DNA from: Massalongia carnosa
Lineage: Eukaryota
NCBI GenBank assembly: GCA_965645245.1
Contig: OZ287071.1
Span: 2,666,001-2,730,000 of the forward strand
Direction of reading: 5' to 3'
Length of the DNA stretch: 64,000 bases
Position numbers and translations under genes: made by a program. Shown here in pieces: positions 1 to 13,224 of the stretch (its first letter is position 1; each line of letters starts with the position of its first letter). Below the pieces are notes generated by a model, which saw only the letters and a list, made by a program, of their open reading frames with translations, ran no database searches and was not told the origin of the DNA.

Positions 1-1992
1 TGCTTCGTCACCAGCTGCAGCTTTAGTAAACTCGATGGACTGTCAATACGTGATCCGCCCCAGGCCATGAGCATCATGTGAACAATCTGTACGCCGCAAT
101 TGAAGGTGTATATTCTCTCCAGGTTAATATTTCCAAGGCATACCGGAATGTGAATACCTTGGATTTTTTCGAGTTGCGTGTACACCTCCCCCTCGTGAAC
201 GAGGTCCTCGACGTACGCGTATATAGTGCACTTAGCCGCAACGGTGTATCCATGTGAGAGCAGTTGCACCTTGAACAAAGCCCCCGAGAACCCTGCACAT
301 AGAGAGGGTAGCAGCCAGCGTCAAGGTTCTTGAAGAGCTGCTGTCGGACGAGAAGAAGAAAGGTCTCCGAAGTGATGGAGTGATAGTCGCCGTGTTTATG
401 ATGACGCCGATGGTTAGGACAATTTCTATCAAGGATGCCCCCCATCAACAAGCCACGAAGGCAGCGCTGTGTACAATACGCTACACGTAGTCCCGAGTTC
501 TGGTGTCGTAGCGCTTGCGAGGGGCCATAGATTTTTTGAAGTCTCGGTGCCGGCCTGATTGCCGACTTGGAGTATCAACATCATCATCTTTGTCCTCATC
601 TCCGTCGCCGTGTTGATCATCATCCTCATCATCGCCCGAGCTCATTTGGTCATCCTCATTTACTCCATCTAAATCGAATTGGCGGAGGCTTTCAGCTTTA
701 GAACGAAGAAAACGGGGAGAGTGAAAGACGAGAAGTTCTTGTCGCCGTGTCGTACGCTTGAACTCGGAATGTGCGATCTCTAAGCGCACCGATTCGGGGA
801 TTTGTGCCAGTATTGACTGAGGGTCAACCACCCATCTGTCGAGCACTCCTTTCGCCTTGCCAATCCACTCAGCTCCTAGAGCCCGCTATTGCAAAGTCTG
901 GAGAGTGAATGCGAGGACTTGCCCAAGCGCTGTCAAATGTAAACGGTTCGGTGCTGTAGAGTCAGGGGACCACCCGGTGCTGGAACCAACATCGATGTTG
1001 GGAATAGACAGATGATAGTACACCGTTGTTGGGTCCTCGGGGCGCACATTTAAGAACACAAAGCCTTCTCCCGTACAAACGTAACCGAACTGTAGCCCGC
1101 TCTCCACCATATATGAAAAAGCTTGCGTGATGACTGCAGCCACGAGAAGGCCAGAGTGATATGCAACTCGAGCTTCGGCCTGGTCTTTGCTCGGAATATT
1201 TGGGCATTGCATCAGGTCCTTCATCGGGTTCATGGGCCGAAGTCCCTCCTTCAAGTGTGCCAGAGTTAACTTATGGGGGGCCTTGTACTCGATAATAAAA
1301 CACACAATGTTCTGGCCCTATGCCACGTTATATACACACATCTGATCCGTATGCTTTAGTACGAGTTCGGGAGCTCTTGCCATGACCGGATTGTGTTTCG
1401 TAGAATCCTTTCGAGGACTTAACTGGTGCATGCGGCTGGCAACTTCAGGGTCGTCGAAGCTTAAAGTGTTCTGGTGATTTTCAAAAACAACTCCACCGTT
1501 AAGATGCAGTTTCTCCTTGATTACAGGGTCGGTGCTAAAGTGTTTAATAATCCGAGAGACTTGGCTTTCGACAGCGTATCGCTCGAAAAACTCTAGATCC
1601 TTCTCGGATGCGATCATCCTCTCAAACTGAAACTCGGACCCCTCCAAGTAAGCCAGTGTGCTGAAAACTCGCGAAGACTTGATAGTGTTGCTCAACTCCT
1701 CAAGTTGTTGCCACGTAGCCTTCTGTTGGGTGTTGAATTCTATCCATGGTTTAATGAGCCTTGGACAAAGTTTCCCGTCGGCATTAGAGGGATCGCCTTT
1801 AGTTGCCAATGTTTTATTCATCTGCACCTTCATATTCATGGAGAAGTTAACATGTGCTGCATCTAAGAACTCGAGAAGAGTTGTGCTGCGAAGTTGTCTC
1901 TCAGCTTGCTCCCGAGAAACTCGCTCATTTTCGAGATTTTGCTCTGATCGCCGAAGAAGCTCTCTTAGCTCGGCGACGGTGAGAGACTCCAT
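1..1992 (-). pseudogene. Spok-family (spore killer-like) coiled-coil / PD-(D/E)xK nuclease / Cys-cluster / kinase gene, disrupted; 3' end runs off the window start
   Basis: Joined ORFs 1318-1992, 886-1305, 481-846 and 74-451 plus shifted frames give an N-terminal coiled coil, TTLLEFLDAAH, GKLCPRLIKPWIEF, TDQMCVY..IIEYKAPHK, TQAFSYMVESGLQFGYVCTG, an acidic linker, YCTQRCLRGLLMGGILDRNCPN, GYTVAAKCT..HEGEVYTQL..IPVCLG..HMMLMAWGG. This is the motif order I recall for Podospora SPOK proteins. In-frame TAG at 1318-1320 and 886-888; frameshifts near 481 and 283. Confidence 0.85.
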
Positions 1993-2388
1993 TTTGAGTG
2001 GACTATCGCTGTGAATGGAGTGAGAATGAACGTGACAAATATTAAGATGGAAGCATCGGCATTTTAATAGACAAGTGGGGGGAACTTATTGTGAAGTTGG
2101 CAGAATATGTAGTATTCACGAACCGTTGGCATGGTGATATTGGTCGCAAACGTCGGTCACCGCCAACACAAATGAACATTACGACTCGAAGCAAATCTAT
2201 ACAGAGTACTCGTTTCATGGGTTGGGAATAGAACTAGGTGATCTTATTACGAATAATACGTGTTAGAACATTTTGCGTTGTAAGAACTCAGTCAGGTAGT
2301 TAAGACATGATAACTTTGATATTTCAACCTAAATCCTTTGGATTCCGTTGTATGCAAGCTCTAAACCTTCAGCTCATATATGCAGCCA

Positions 2389-3093
2389 TCACTCTAGCTC
2401 CTTGTGCTCGCTATCGTTTTCATCCTCATCCTCATCCTCATCCTCATCCTCATCCTTCTTTACCCAGCCCTTAGCTAAGTTCTTTCTCGTTACACGCAGC
2501 TGCTCCGATGCTAACATCCTTCAGGGTCGGATGGCAGCTTCCAGTAAGTTTTTCCATTCGACAGCGTGATCAAGATATTCTGCAAACCTAAGCAAGTACT
2601 TCCGCTTGATCCAACGGCCTCTCGTGCCCTAGAAACGCTTGGCAAATTCTGCAGCAACTGGATTACTCTTTCTGTGGTCAGGCAGTCAGGCTTGGCGCAA
2701 AAGTGAAATCGCGAATTCCAATAGAGATACCGAGCTCGGGGACGATGATTACTCGTGAACTGGACTTGTTGACCATCTAGTTCGCGCCAGAGCTTTCGTT
2801 TTCCGTGGGGCTCGTTATCAGCACTGATGAATGACACCACCTGTCTCATAAGTCTGTTATCTGGGCAAAGGACTCGCAGCTTGTACCCTTTGACCTTCAG
2901 TTGAGCCCAAGCATCAAGTTCCCCAACCGATGCATCGACCGGCACATCAGGCACAAGCACCATCCATCCGTTCGCTATCCTCTTCTCAGCTTCATCACAC
3001 ATCATCAAGCCATTTTCTGGCTCGAATAACTCTGCTCTAACTTCATCATCTCGCTCAAAAAACTCGTCCATAGCTGTTTGTCCAGCGACATAC
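2389..3093 (-). pseudogene. Fungal HNH-endonuclease (HNH_2-like) gene, 5' truncated and frameshifted
   Basis: ELFEPENGLMM..GWMVLVPD..YKLRVL..WRELDGQQVQF..RPRARYLYW resembles fungal HNH_2 proteins. Frameshift near 2700. Acidic tail encoded by (tcatcc)n at about 2420-2455. The N-terminus is replaced by the retroelement starting near 3095. Confidence 0.65.
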
Positions 3094-3095
3094 TA

Positions 3096-4675
3096 GTTCG
3101 TCTATGACGAGAGCTAGTGCGGGACCGATGCTATTCGGCTACCAGCGGATTCGGCTACCAGCGGATCGACTACCAGCGGTTCTCCACGCATGACGGGGAT
3201 AACAGGTGAAGCAAAATCCGGACCTCTTCAGTTTTGCACGGTTATCCGCCAGGAGCTGGTTCGGATAACGACGGGGGATCGGATAGGGAATGATGGATGA
3301 CAGGGGGGAGATGGAGGCTATATATCCTCATCATCTCGGATTCGGAGGTAGCACTGCATAGTAGTTGTTGAGTCCGATCCAACAATCCTCCAACCTAACG
3401 AAAAATCCATCCTTCTTCCCTTCTTCATCTTCGATAAACACGTATAAACCTAGCTCCGCTCTACTCCCTTCTATAAACAGAATGCCTACTACCCGCCGCA
3501 TTGCGTCCACCGCCGACGATAGCGGCCCCACTGGCCCCCTCACCCCCCTTGTGCCGGACTCTCAGCCGACCTCCGCAATAATGCAGGCCGGCCAGCCAGC
3601 GGAAGAAGGGCCTACACGCCCCGGTACCCCTGATGAGCTACTTGAACTTCGCGTACAACGCGACATTTTGGTACTAGAGGGGCGCCAGGCCGAAATGAGA
3701 AAGCTTAGGTAGGAAATTGTCGACAAACATGCCGCGTTGGAGGTGGAGGAGGCCCCTACTGGATTTCAGCATGGGGGATCCCAACAGACAAATCAGGCCT
3801 TTCAGAGCGAAGGTACGGATGACCCAGAATCCTCCCTCTGACAAGTGACTTTCCGGCCATAAACCAGCTGTATTTCAAGCAGATTTTGGAAAATAAGTTT
3901 GACCCCATCAATATCGCCAAGATGTGCAGCGACGTTATTCTGAGCAAGTCTACGAAGAAATCTATCAATATCAGCAAAGGTCTGGAGGTCATTATTGGCG
4001 AGGATGACGCATCGTTGAGCGAGATCAAGGGTATCACCCACCTAATTCGTTGTCTTTTGGTATACAGGCAAGCGGTATTGCACTTTGCACAACCAAGTCT
4101 GTTCAAAGATCTAGCAAGGGCCTTCATGAAATACGACGACCGGTTGCTTTTGCTTCACAATACCTGTAGCCAATCTCGTAACAATCCGAATTGGACACCG
4201 GTCAAGAGGAAGGATTGACTACCCGGCCCATATGACCATATCGCGGAAGGTTTTCCGTACAGACTGATGGAAAAACTCGAGGCTCTTCAGCAAGGACAAC
4301 TCATCCTCGCCGGCTGGAAGAAGCACCTAGAAACTTATCCCGATAACGTGTACAAGCAGGCTATTTTTGATATTATTCGGTATGGGGCCAAGCTTGGGTA
4401 TACCGGCCCAGAACAATTCATCCTCAGCCCCAATCTGCTATCAGCAAAAGAAGCTCCTGATATACTCACTAAAGATGTCGAGGAGCAGAGGGATAAGGGA
4501 CGATTGACGCGAGTAGATATTCTTCCCTCCAAGTTCATATCATCCCCATTAGGTCTCGTACCAAATAAAATGGTACATGGCGCCGTATCCATCATTTATC
4601 TCATCCTGAAGGATCGTCGGTACATAAATGACTTCATCCCTCAGGAATGGGCCTTGGAATACCCCACATTCAAAT
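3096..4675 (+). mobile_element. DIRS/Ngaro-type (tyrosine-recombinase) retrotransposon 5' fragment: gag-like remnants plus RT N-terminus
   Basis: ORF 4267 onward reads IIRYGAKLGYTGP..NLLSA..FISSPLGLVP, and shifted frames continue GTWRRIHHLSHPEGSSV..NDFIP..LEYPTF, typical of the DIRS-type RT start. Broken gag-like ORFs at 3482-4218. A 16-bp tandem (ttcggctaccagcgga) at about 3133-3180. Truncated by the LINE at about 4680. Confidence 0.7.
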
Positions 4676-4679
4676 GCTG

Positions 4680-7600
4680 TGTCGACGGGAATTATCCGTA
4701 CAGCATGGTCGCTGCAAATGAAAACTGTTTTAGTATATCTGCCCGCATTAGCCATGCCGTCAGCTTTTTCAATTTTGCGGAATTTTCAATTAGCGTGCGA
4801 TAATTGTTAGTTTTCACTTGATTAAATAATTCATTTCTTCCGTCTATCAGCTGACAGTGCATGATGACGTGTTTGGCCGTCTGCCTTGGCCATCCACATA
4901 TGCACGCCGGTGAGTTTACATTGGGTACCCTTCGGTTGAAAAGAAAGTTGGCTAGCCCGATTTTCTCCGTGCGAATTTGCGTTGCTAGTGAACTCTCCGC
5001 TTTTGCCAAATTGCTGTGAATTTTTAATCTCTTTTTGTCAAGCGAAGCTTGTTGAGCCTCGGTGGGGAGTGGAATGCGATTTTGATAAGTCACCCATGTT
5101 GACTTCCATATTTTCATATGATGCTCCATGAGCCGCGTATGATGTGCCCGTTGGGCCGTTCGCGCTTCACTCAGCTCCTTGAGATATTCTGGACTTGGCT
5201 CGTACCACGGGGGCGCGGAAGGCGGTAATCTGACGGCGGCCTCTCCATTTAACATTGCCTTGGCCCATGTGTGTTTCAGTTCTCCGGGTGTTGGCGGTGG
5301 AGTTCTTCTTCGACCCGCTCTTTCCCGTAGCTTATTAGCTATTATCTTGCATGCGGAGTTAGTGAGTGCTTTTTGCCCCGTGATTAGTAGTCGATATCTG
5401 GCTTTAGCCTGCAGTTGATCCAGATACACATCTATTGGGGCTATGTGTGTTTCTGCCTCTAGCACCGGTATCGGGGTAGCCTTGAACGCTCCGGCGACTG
5501 TGCGTAGGCATCTGTTCTGAATGACCGCCAATTTGGACGTTATGGATTTATTTCTATTTACGTCTTTCGGGGTGTGCCAGACGATTGAACCATATGTCAT
5601 GGCCGGCCGCACCACCGCCGTGTATACTTGCCTTGCCCTAGCGAACGAAGCTCCCCAGGTAGACGTGGAAATTTTTGTTAAGGCCATGCTCTGCTTGACC
5701 ATCTTCTCCTGCGTTTTCCGTATGTGAGCACCCCACTTAAGTTTAGTATCTATTTGAAGGCCGAGTATTCTTATATCCGCTTTTGCTTTGATTGGGCTGT
5801 TTTCTATATTTAATAGTAGCCGTCATATCAAATTTCTTTGGATTTCTAGATAAATGAATAAGCTCATACTTAGTCGGAGCAAATAAGGATCCGTGCCGCA
5901 GAGCCCATCTTTCACATTCTCTGTGAATTTGTCGGACTGTGGCTCATACAAAATTCTCTTCTTGTAAATTTAGGCTTAGAGGATTCATCAAAAATCCATC
6001 AATAAATCAATCATCTATTTCACTATCAAGAGATATTCTTCTGACGTAAATATAAATTCATCATAGAGCTCATTGTTATCATAAATTCAGCTCAACAGAA
6101 TTCTTTCTAGCGTTCTGCAATTTTCTTGCGTGCTTTTCCCATGCTAGTACATTGATGTCATCGACGAATCCGAGTCCGCTCGTTTTCGTGCCGGGCCTGT
6201 TACATATGTCTAGTAAATCCGCATTGTAGAACAAATACAGAATGGGAGAGATGGGTGAACCTTGCGGAATTCTGGTTCTCGCATCAAACTCGTCGGTGGT
6301 TCGTCGGTTGATCGTAAGAGTGGTCCTTCTGTTTTTCAAAAAGCATTCTATCCAGTTGGTGACCCACTGTGGAAATTTTCTTCTTCGAAGATTGTGGATC
6401 AGTCTTTGATGCGAACCCGTGTCGTACGCGCCGGCCACGTCCATGCTGAGCAGCGTGGCAACTTTATCATTACCTTGACCCCACACTGTGTGAATCTGTT
6501 CGGTTAACAGCTCCAGTGCTGACTCGGTGGACCTTTCCCGTCTGGCTCCCATCTGGGTACCTGGTAGTAACTCGTGCTTTTCGGCCATGTGAGTGATCTT
6601 GCTTGCCATGATGGCTTCCATCACCTTGCCTAGCGTATTCAGCAGTGCTATCGGGCGATAGGCCTTCGGTGTTTCGTAATTGTCATTGCCCGCCTTTTTC
6701 AGCGTTATCGTGTGCGCTGTTCTGAATGCTCGCGGGTGATATCCCAGATTTACGCATGCCTGAGATAGAGGAATTAACAACTCGGTCAGCGTCTCAGAGC
6801 ACGCTTTGAGAACTCTGTTGGGTATACCAGCCGGTCCAGGAGCCGTGTCGGGTTTGAGGCGTAGAATGTTCGTGAGCACCTCTTTCTTCGTTATGACTGT
6901 TGGGCACTCCGAGGCTGCCGGATAGACCGACCCGGGTATGTCCTGTAGATCCGCCGGAGGCGGAGCAGGAAAGAAGATGCCTTTCAGCATTTCAGCCTTC
7001 TCTTCGAAGGTGTTCGCACTGTGATTGTTGAAAGTCAGTGTTGGCATTTTTGGTGTTTCGCGCGCCTTGTGGCTCTTGTCCTTTGCCCATTTCGCCAGCC
7101 GCTATATGCCCTGAGATGATTCAGACGCTTTACTGATCTCGTTTCGGAATGACAATGTTTTGGCTTTCTTGATTATCTTTTGCTTTTTGTCATTCGATTT
7201 CATGTACGTTTTCCAGTCATTGAGATTTCGAGAGGCTGTCCAAATAAAATTTTCGATTCTGCGTGTTTCTCTCATGGCGTTGTTGCAGTCCTCGTTCCAG
7301 AATGGCTTTGCATAAGCACTAGGCCTTGCCCATGGAACGGCCGCAGATATTATTTCATGTAAGACCTTTTGTATTTTATCCGTCTGTCGATCAATCTCCT
7401 CCACTGTGAGGAAGTGTTATCGGGGGAGCGTTGCATTCTGCTGTTCTCAACTTTTCCATGTTCAGCAGCTTCCAGGCTCTGCGTTTTGTCTGTGTTAGCG
7501 TCTCACTTTCCAAAGAGATGCGGGAGGATATCGGAATGTGAGCGGATGACTGATTGAGTTCTGGTCTTGACATGCAGTGAATTAGCCTCTCTGTTAGGAA

Positions 7601-10600
7601 TTGTGACATGAAAACCAAATCGATGGTGCTGAATGAGTTCCGGGCTTCCCATGTGACGGTTCCATTGGGCAGGGTTAGCGACAGATTGGCTTCATCGACT
7701 ATATCTAGCAGCTGATCCGCGGCTGCGTGTTGCGTGGGTCTGGTGGCTCCATTCCAGAAAGGATGGTGTAGATTGAAATCCCCGAGTAAGATGTGACGAG
7801 CGTCGGCGGAGAGCTGGCGTTGAGCATCTGGGAGGGTGGAGGGGCTGTCTCTTGAAGAATATGAGGTGGGTGATGGATTATAGACGTTGTGAATGTGTAT
7901 TTTCCTTGTGGCTTCCGTCATTCTCGCGGGGGTGCAATATCAATGTGCATATGTCAGCGGTTGGAAATTCTACTTTCCAGCTTTCCGGATCTATTTTATC
8001 GTTGATGTAGAAGCACACTCTCGTGTCACCTCCTGGCCGATAGAGTAGATGAAAGCCGCTTTGATGCGGGCTGAGCGTGGTCGCAGCGTGGGGGTTGCGC
8101 CACGGCTCCTGGATTGCTATGATGTCGTAGTCCTGTATATTTGAATCCGCTAGCAATGGTATCATAGTACTTACGCGATCATTTCTGACATTGTACTGTA
8201 GGATGCTAATTGATTTTTTGTCCTTCATAAAGCTTCATCCATGTCTCTCGAGGGAGTCGTTTTCGATTGGGTAGGGATTTGTACCTCCAAGTGGGCCCCT
8301 TGCGGAGCGGTCGCGGTAGGATGGTGGGTGGGGGGCGGAGCGGTTAGGGTGACTGCTGGTTTGGATGAGAGAGGGATGGGAGGAGATAGGGTAGTAGGGG
8401 GGCAGGGGGCACTATTGACAGCGTTGGGGGGTCTACCCAGAGTGGGCTTCGCCATCGCCCTTATTCTGTTTGCCGGGTTCATGATCTCGATGTCCTTCCA
8501 TGTGATTCCGGTCTCGGCATCTGGTAGGCTCCTCGGCTGATTCGCCTGTGTGGCGGATTGGGTTATTGTGCGCGATATTTTCCTTTTTTTCCCATTAATA
8601 AGACTCCATGTGGTAGGTAAGTCTTCCGTCCGTAAGTCTAGGTCTACCGTTTTAGTCCCTGCCTCTGCTGGGGGGTTGCTGGCTCCGAAATTGAATGCTG
8701 GCGCCACCGCCAGCCCTTCAGCTTCGTATAGATGCGCTTTTCTTTTCCTTGCGTCGTTTACTTTCTTCTTCTCCTTCGTTCGAACCACACACACAGGGGA
8801 CCACACTGGGTGACCAGGCTTCTCGCACGTGGCACACATGGGGTGGGCTCCGGTCGTCTCGGGATTACACTCGTGCGTAGGATGTCCGCCGGCACAACGC
8901 CCACAGGCCGTGGGGTGTTTACACCATTTGCTGATATGCCCATACTTATAGCAGTTGAAGCATTGCACTAGTATGTTATTTTTGTGAAATCTTTCACAGT
9001 GCTTGATCTCGTAGTCCACGAGCAGACCTTCGTTGATGAGCCGGTTGGCCATCGGTGCAGTTTCAACTTCCATGTGCAGCGTAGAGTGCACTTTTCCTTC
9101 TCTGATGGACCAAGCGACCTTTACGATCTTCAGTCCCGCATGCAGTCGTGCATTAACGGCATGTAGGTACTCAATGGCTCTCGTCTGATTGGTGACGTCG
9201 ATGTGTTGCATCCTGACGCCACGTACCTGTATGGCAAAGGTACGCCTTTGCACCGCTGCCGATGCGGCTACTTCACGCACCCAGCCCGTATTCTCATATA
9301 GTGACTTCTTAATCGATGCCGTTTCGGTGTGTATCCTAATGTCTCCACTGTTGGACGCGATACTCCTATTATTCCTGCATTTCTCTTCTGTAGCGCCTCC
9401 ACCAAGTCCTTTGTGGACGTTTGCTTTATTCTTTCTCGATCCTCGCTCTTCGTCACTCGTATGGTGACTTCCCTTGCCCTTTTGATCATACTTGGTGTTT
9501 GTTCCTTCGCTTTCTGCGTCTTTACGTTGTTTAGAGTGCTTCGAACCGGCACAGATCCGCCCTCATTGAGGTGTCCCGCCGCGGCGACGGCGGCATAGTT
9601 TCTTGCTGTTGGGATCTCCTTTCTGCTTTCAATTCTCTGTAGAGTGCTTTTGATATCATTTAGAGCAGATACCACGTGTGTGGTGTCGTGCGATTTTTTG
9701 TCTAATTGATTTTGTTCCTCCAGCACAATTCTCGATTCCTGCAAAATTTGCAACGCTACCGGGTCTCCTACGTTACCCACACGGTCAAGATACTCTTTGA
9801 TTTTAATTATCAGAGACTCTTTCGCCTTTCTATGCTCACTTTCGCACTGTGCACTTCTTGGTACGAGATTTCGTTCATGGTCGCTCCAGAATGTCATCGT
9901 TGCTGATATCTTGTAGAATGAAATTCGACCGCCACCGGAGTCGCTACAAATGGGGACCATGAGGGCACGGTTGATGTGATTCTCGGTTCTGTCGGTTCGG
10001 GTGTGACGCCGTTATTGGATTGTAGTAGTAGGTATTGGGGCTATATCAGTCAGTGGAATCTGCTGGGTTATCTGGCGCTGGTCTTCTCGGCCATCGAAGT
10101 GGATGATGTTCGAGATGAGGGATATGTGTCGATGAACGAGCAAGATCGATACAATGATGATCTCTGTGGGTAGCCTTTGATTTCATCCTCGCTGTTCATG
10201 CGTTATGTGAACCATGCGTATTCTAATGCTGATAGATGATGGGTCGGAGCTTTTCCTGAATGCGCCCGTCTCGCTGCAGCTTGTAGGCAGGTAATTCGAG
10301 GACGAAAGGTTCGGATGTCTTTGATACGCGTTCGGCGACGTGCTGACGGCAAATCAGGTCATACCGATTTTAGAGTACCCAAAGGAGAAGATCGATCTAC
10401 CGTTTGGCGGAAAATATCGACCTTCTGGTCAGGATCCGAATCCCGTAGATTTGTCAAGTGTTTCTCAACAATAAAGTCGTACAGCAGAAGATATCGCACA
10501 CAGTTTTGACTCAGGATATTGATGCCCTCGAAAGCGTCTCGATATCACGAAAGGGGGGTTCGTCCTATGTCTCAAATGCGAGTTTCTCGATAACTACTCT

Positions 10601-11205
10601 CATCTTCCTTCAAACCCATTCGTGTGTCATCTCGTGATTCGTTTTAAATCCTCCTTTTCTCCATCCACCCATCTTCTTTTCTATCCCACCACCATAACCT
10701 CTCCACTCCTCTCCTCTCCTCTCCATCGCAATCCTATCATCAAACTCATTTTCCTACCGCTCTATCGTAAAAGCGCGTCTCACACGACGAACCCGCCTTG
10801 CCCTCTCCCAAACCTTGATTGAGATCCCCCTTAGCCATCCCAATCTCCAGCCCAAGTCCCGTATTCACTCGCCCTCACTCCCTTCTCCTTTCGAGTTCTG
10901 ACCCCCACCCCCTCCGAAAAAGGTCCTGAACGATCCATATGGTGGAGCTTCTTATGTACTGTACCCCATCTCATATTCATATCTCATATTCCTACATCAC
11001 ACAACACAACACGTCATGATCTGAACTGAGTCACTCCCCGTGGATCGCAGCTCGCGGATCGCGCAATGACGAATCCTGTAGTTGCTGCTCGGTTGGTCAC
11101 GTGAATGAATGGGGAAAATTGGTGTAGGTTCTGCTTCTTCCTTTTCGATGACTGATGCAGTGATGTCGGTTTGTCGGTTTCGTGACGCGTTTGTTTGTTT
11201 TTTGT
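4680..11205 (-). mobile_element. Tad1-clade LINE retrotransposon, near full length but frameshifted
   Basis: ORF1 (9960-8225, one frameshift) has three Cys/His knuckles (CFNCYKYGHISKWC, CGRCAGGHPTHEC, CATCEKPGHPVWSPVC). ORF2 (8228-4692) has an APE endonuclease (ILQYNV, IAIQEPW, LLGDFNLHH, IDLVF), RT (YRPIALLNTLGK, IPQGSPISPILY, FVDD) and a C-terminal CICG..KHVIMHC. The 5' boundary is approximate. Confidence 0.93.
5930..6097. mobile_element. Solo LTR (168 bp) inserted in the LINE RT region
   Basis: Begins TGTCGG and ends TCAACA. Flanked by the 5-bp direct repeat GAATT (5925-5929 and 6098-6102). Removing it restores the LINE reading LERIHRECERWA. AT-rich. Confidence 0.85.
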
Positions 11206-11602
11206 TTTAGTTTATTTTTGTCGCATTACTTAATGACGTAATGAGTGATATGTCGATATTTGATAAGAATAGTGATGGTCGGAGTGGATGAAACTGGAGG
11301 TGGGCTGAAAATGAAGGGGTAGATGGGTACACAGCAGTAGATAGGCTGCAAATGAAATAAAAGATAGACAACATATAAAGTATTATCATGTCAACAGTAA
11401 ATGAAATACTAATCTGGCAAGAAATGAAATAACAGATGAACACCAGGAAATCGGGATATCAGCATCATCTAAGGGGTATAGCAGCATAAAAAGGGGTGTA
11501 ACGATAGCAGAATTCTATTGCTCAATCGCCTTCGGGTTGTAGAGACGATCTAGGAGTAGACGATCGAAAGAGAAATCCCGCAGAACGACACTCGCGAATC
11601 CA

Positions 11603-13224
11603 CTATGCCATGACGAAGCCCCATTCCTCATCATCACGGCCCCTTCGCCGTAAAACTCTGACCTTGATATCCCTTTCCGGCGGGAACACATTGGTAGCCA
11701 GACTCTCCTGCCTCTGATGTGGTACAGTCCACTGCCCGTTCAACGGCTCCAGATCGAAGTTCAACACCATACACGCTGTCAAAGCCAAAGTCTCCAAAGT
11801 CACAAAGTGCCGCCCGGGACACAACGAGGAACCCCCCCCAAATGGTCGGTAGGCGCTCGAGTTCTGCCTGTGGAGAAATCGTCGTGGCTGGAAATCTTTG
11901 ACGTCAGGTCCCCAGACAGCAGGATCTGAGTGCATGACCGCCATCGGCATCTGGACGATCATGCCTTTCTTGAGGAGATACTGATTGTTCAGCATGATGT
12001 CTTCACGAACGAAGCGGGCGCTGGCCCCAAGAGCATGCACTCGAAGAAGCTCCTGGAAGGTAGAATGCAGAAGCTGACATTTTTCACGCATGGTAAGGAT
12101 TCGGAGCTGTCGTTTTGTTTTATCAGGGTCAGTTGATACAGACGTGGTCTCTAGCTCATTTCTGATATCTTGAAGGAGTACGGGATCAGAATAGACATGG
12201 ATTAGCATATAGAACACGGAGGGAATCGTATTTGCGAGAATTCCAAGCAACGTGCCAGCTTCGAGGCGCCCTTGATTCTGTGATGTTATACCGTATCGAG
12301 TGTTTGCAGAGTATCGGGCCTCAATCATCGCGGAGCTCTGCGCATTTTCAGGAATGTAGCTTTCAAAGTACTGCTGAAATGCATACGCTAGCTGTGATCG
12401 AGCGCGGCTGCCTCTCGGCGCAATGATGTCAGGTGCTATATCCACAATAAGTAGATTGAGGGCGTGATCAAAGTCCCTATTGAAAGGTCAAAATCACCAA
12501 GTCTCAGCAATCATGTCTCGATACGAACCAAAAAGCGGTCGTTAACTTCGGATTGCTGTTGAACGGGTTTTTGGGTCCATATATCGCCCTTGTGCTACAC
12601 ATCGTTACCATTTGCCGTGTCCACGCAAACAGATCTAAATCCTTCCCCTCAAGTTCTTGAAAATACTTCGAAGCTTCCCGCAACATGGCCTCCGTCATCT
12701 TTTCAAGGTTCTTACCTGGTGCGAGGGCTGCCACTAAGCTATCATGAACTTGGATGACATAGCCCAAGCCTTGTCCACCATTCAGGTTATGTTGTACTAT
12801 CTGACTTGTGCCTTCATCATGACCTGTAATACGCTTTCCAAGCTGAGCAATGAACGGATTGAAGGCTAAGACCTTCGAGTTTCGATTGACGGCGCCCACC
12901 AGGTCGGGTGAGGTGATAATGTAGACCTTGCTATTTAACATATTAAGGCTATATATAGGGAGCCTACAATTGGCGCTGACAGTAGATGTGATTAGCTTTC
13001 CTCCTCGTGAGTGAGTCGCTGGAAGCCTACCTTGTCATCTCATAGTATCTTGTTCCATGTCGAAGGAGGCCTATGATATGACCTACGTAAGGAATGGGAT
13101 GCGACACCACCGGCGGCTCATCTGGATGGTGTTTGGGAACGTAGAAGTAATCCAACAAGTACCAGATGGTCGTAGCAGTAGCAATCAGAAGTATTATCGT
13201 TGTAAAGTTCAGCATACCCTCCAT
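11603..13224 (-). CDS. Cytochrome P450 (CYP7/prostacyclin-synthase-like fungal group), 3 exons: 13224-13031, 12975-12529, 12476-11603
   Basis: N-terminal TM anchor, PPVVSHPIPYVGH, ExxR (ELLR), FQPRRF and heme motif PFGGGSSLCPGRHF. Two short GT..AG introns keep the frame. Confidence 0.92.
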
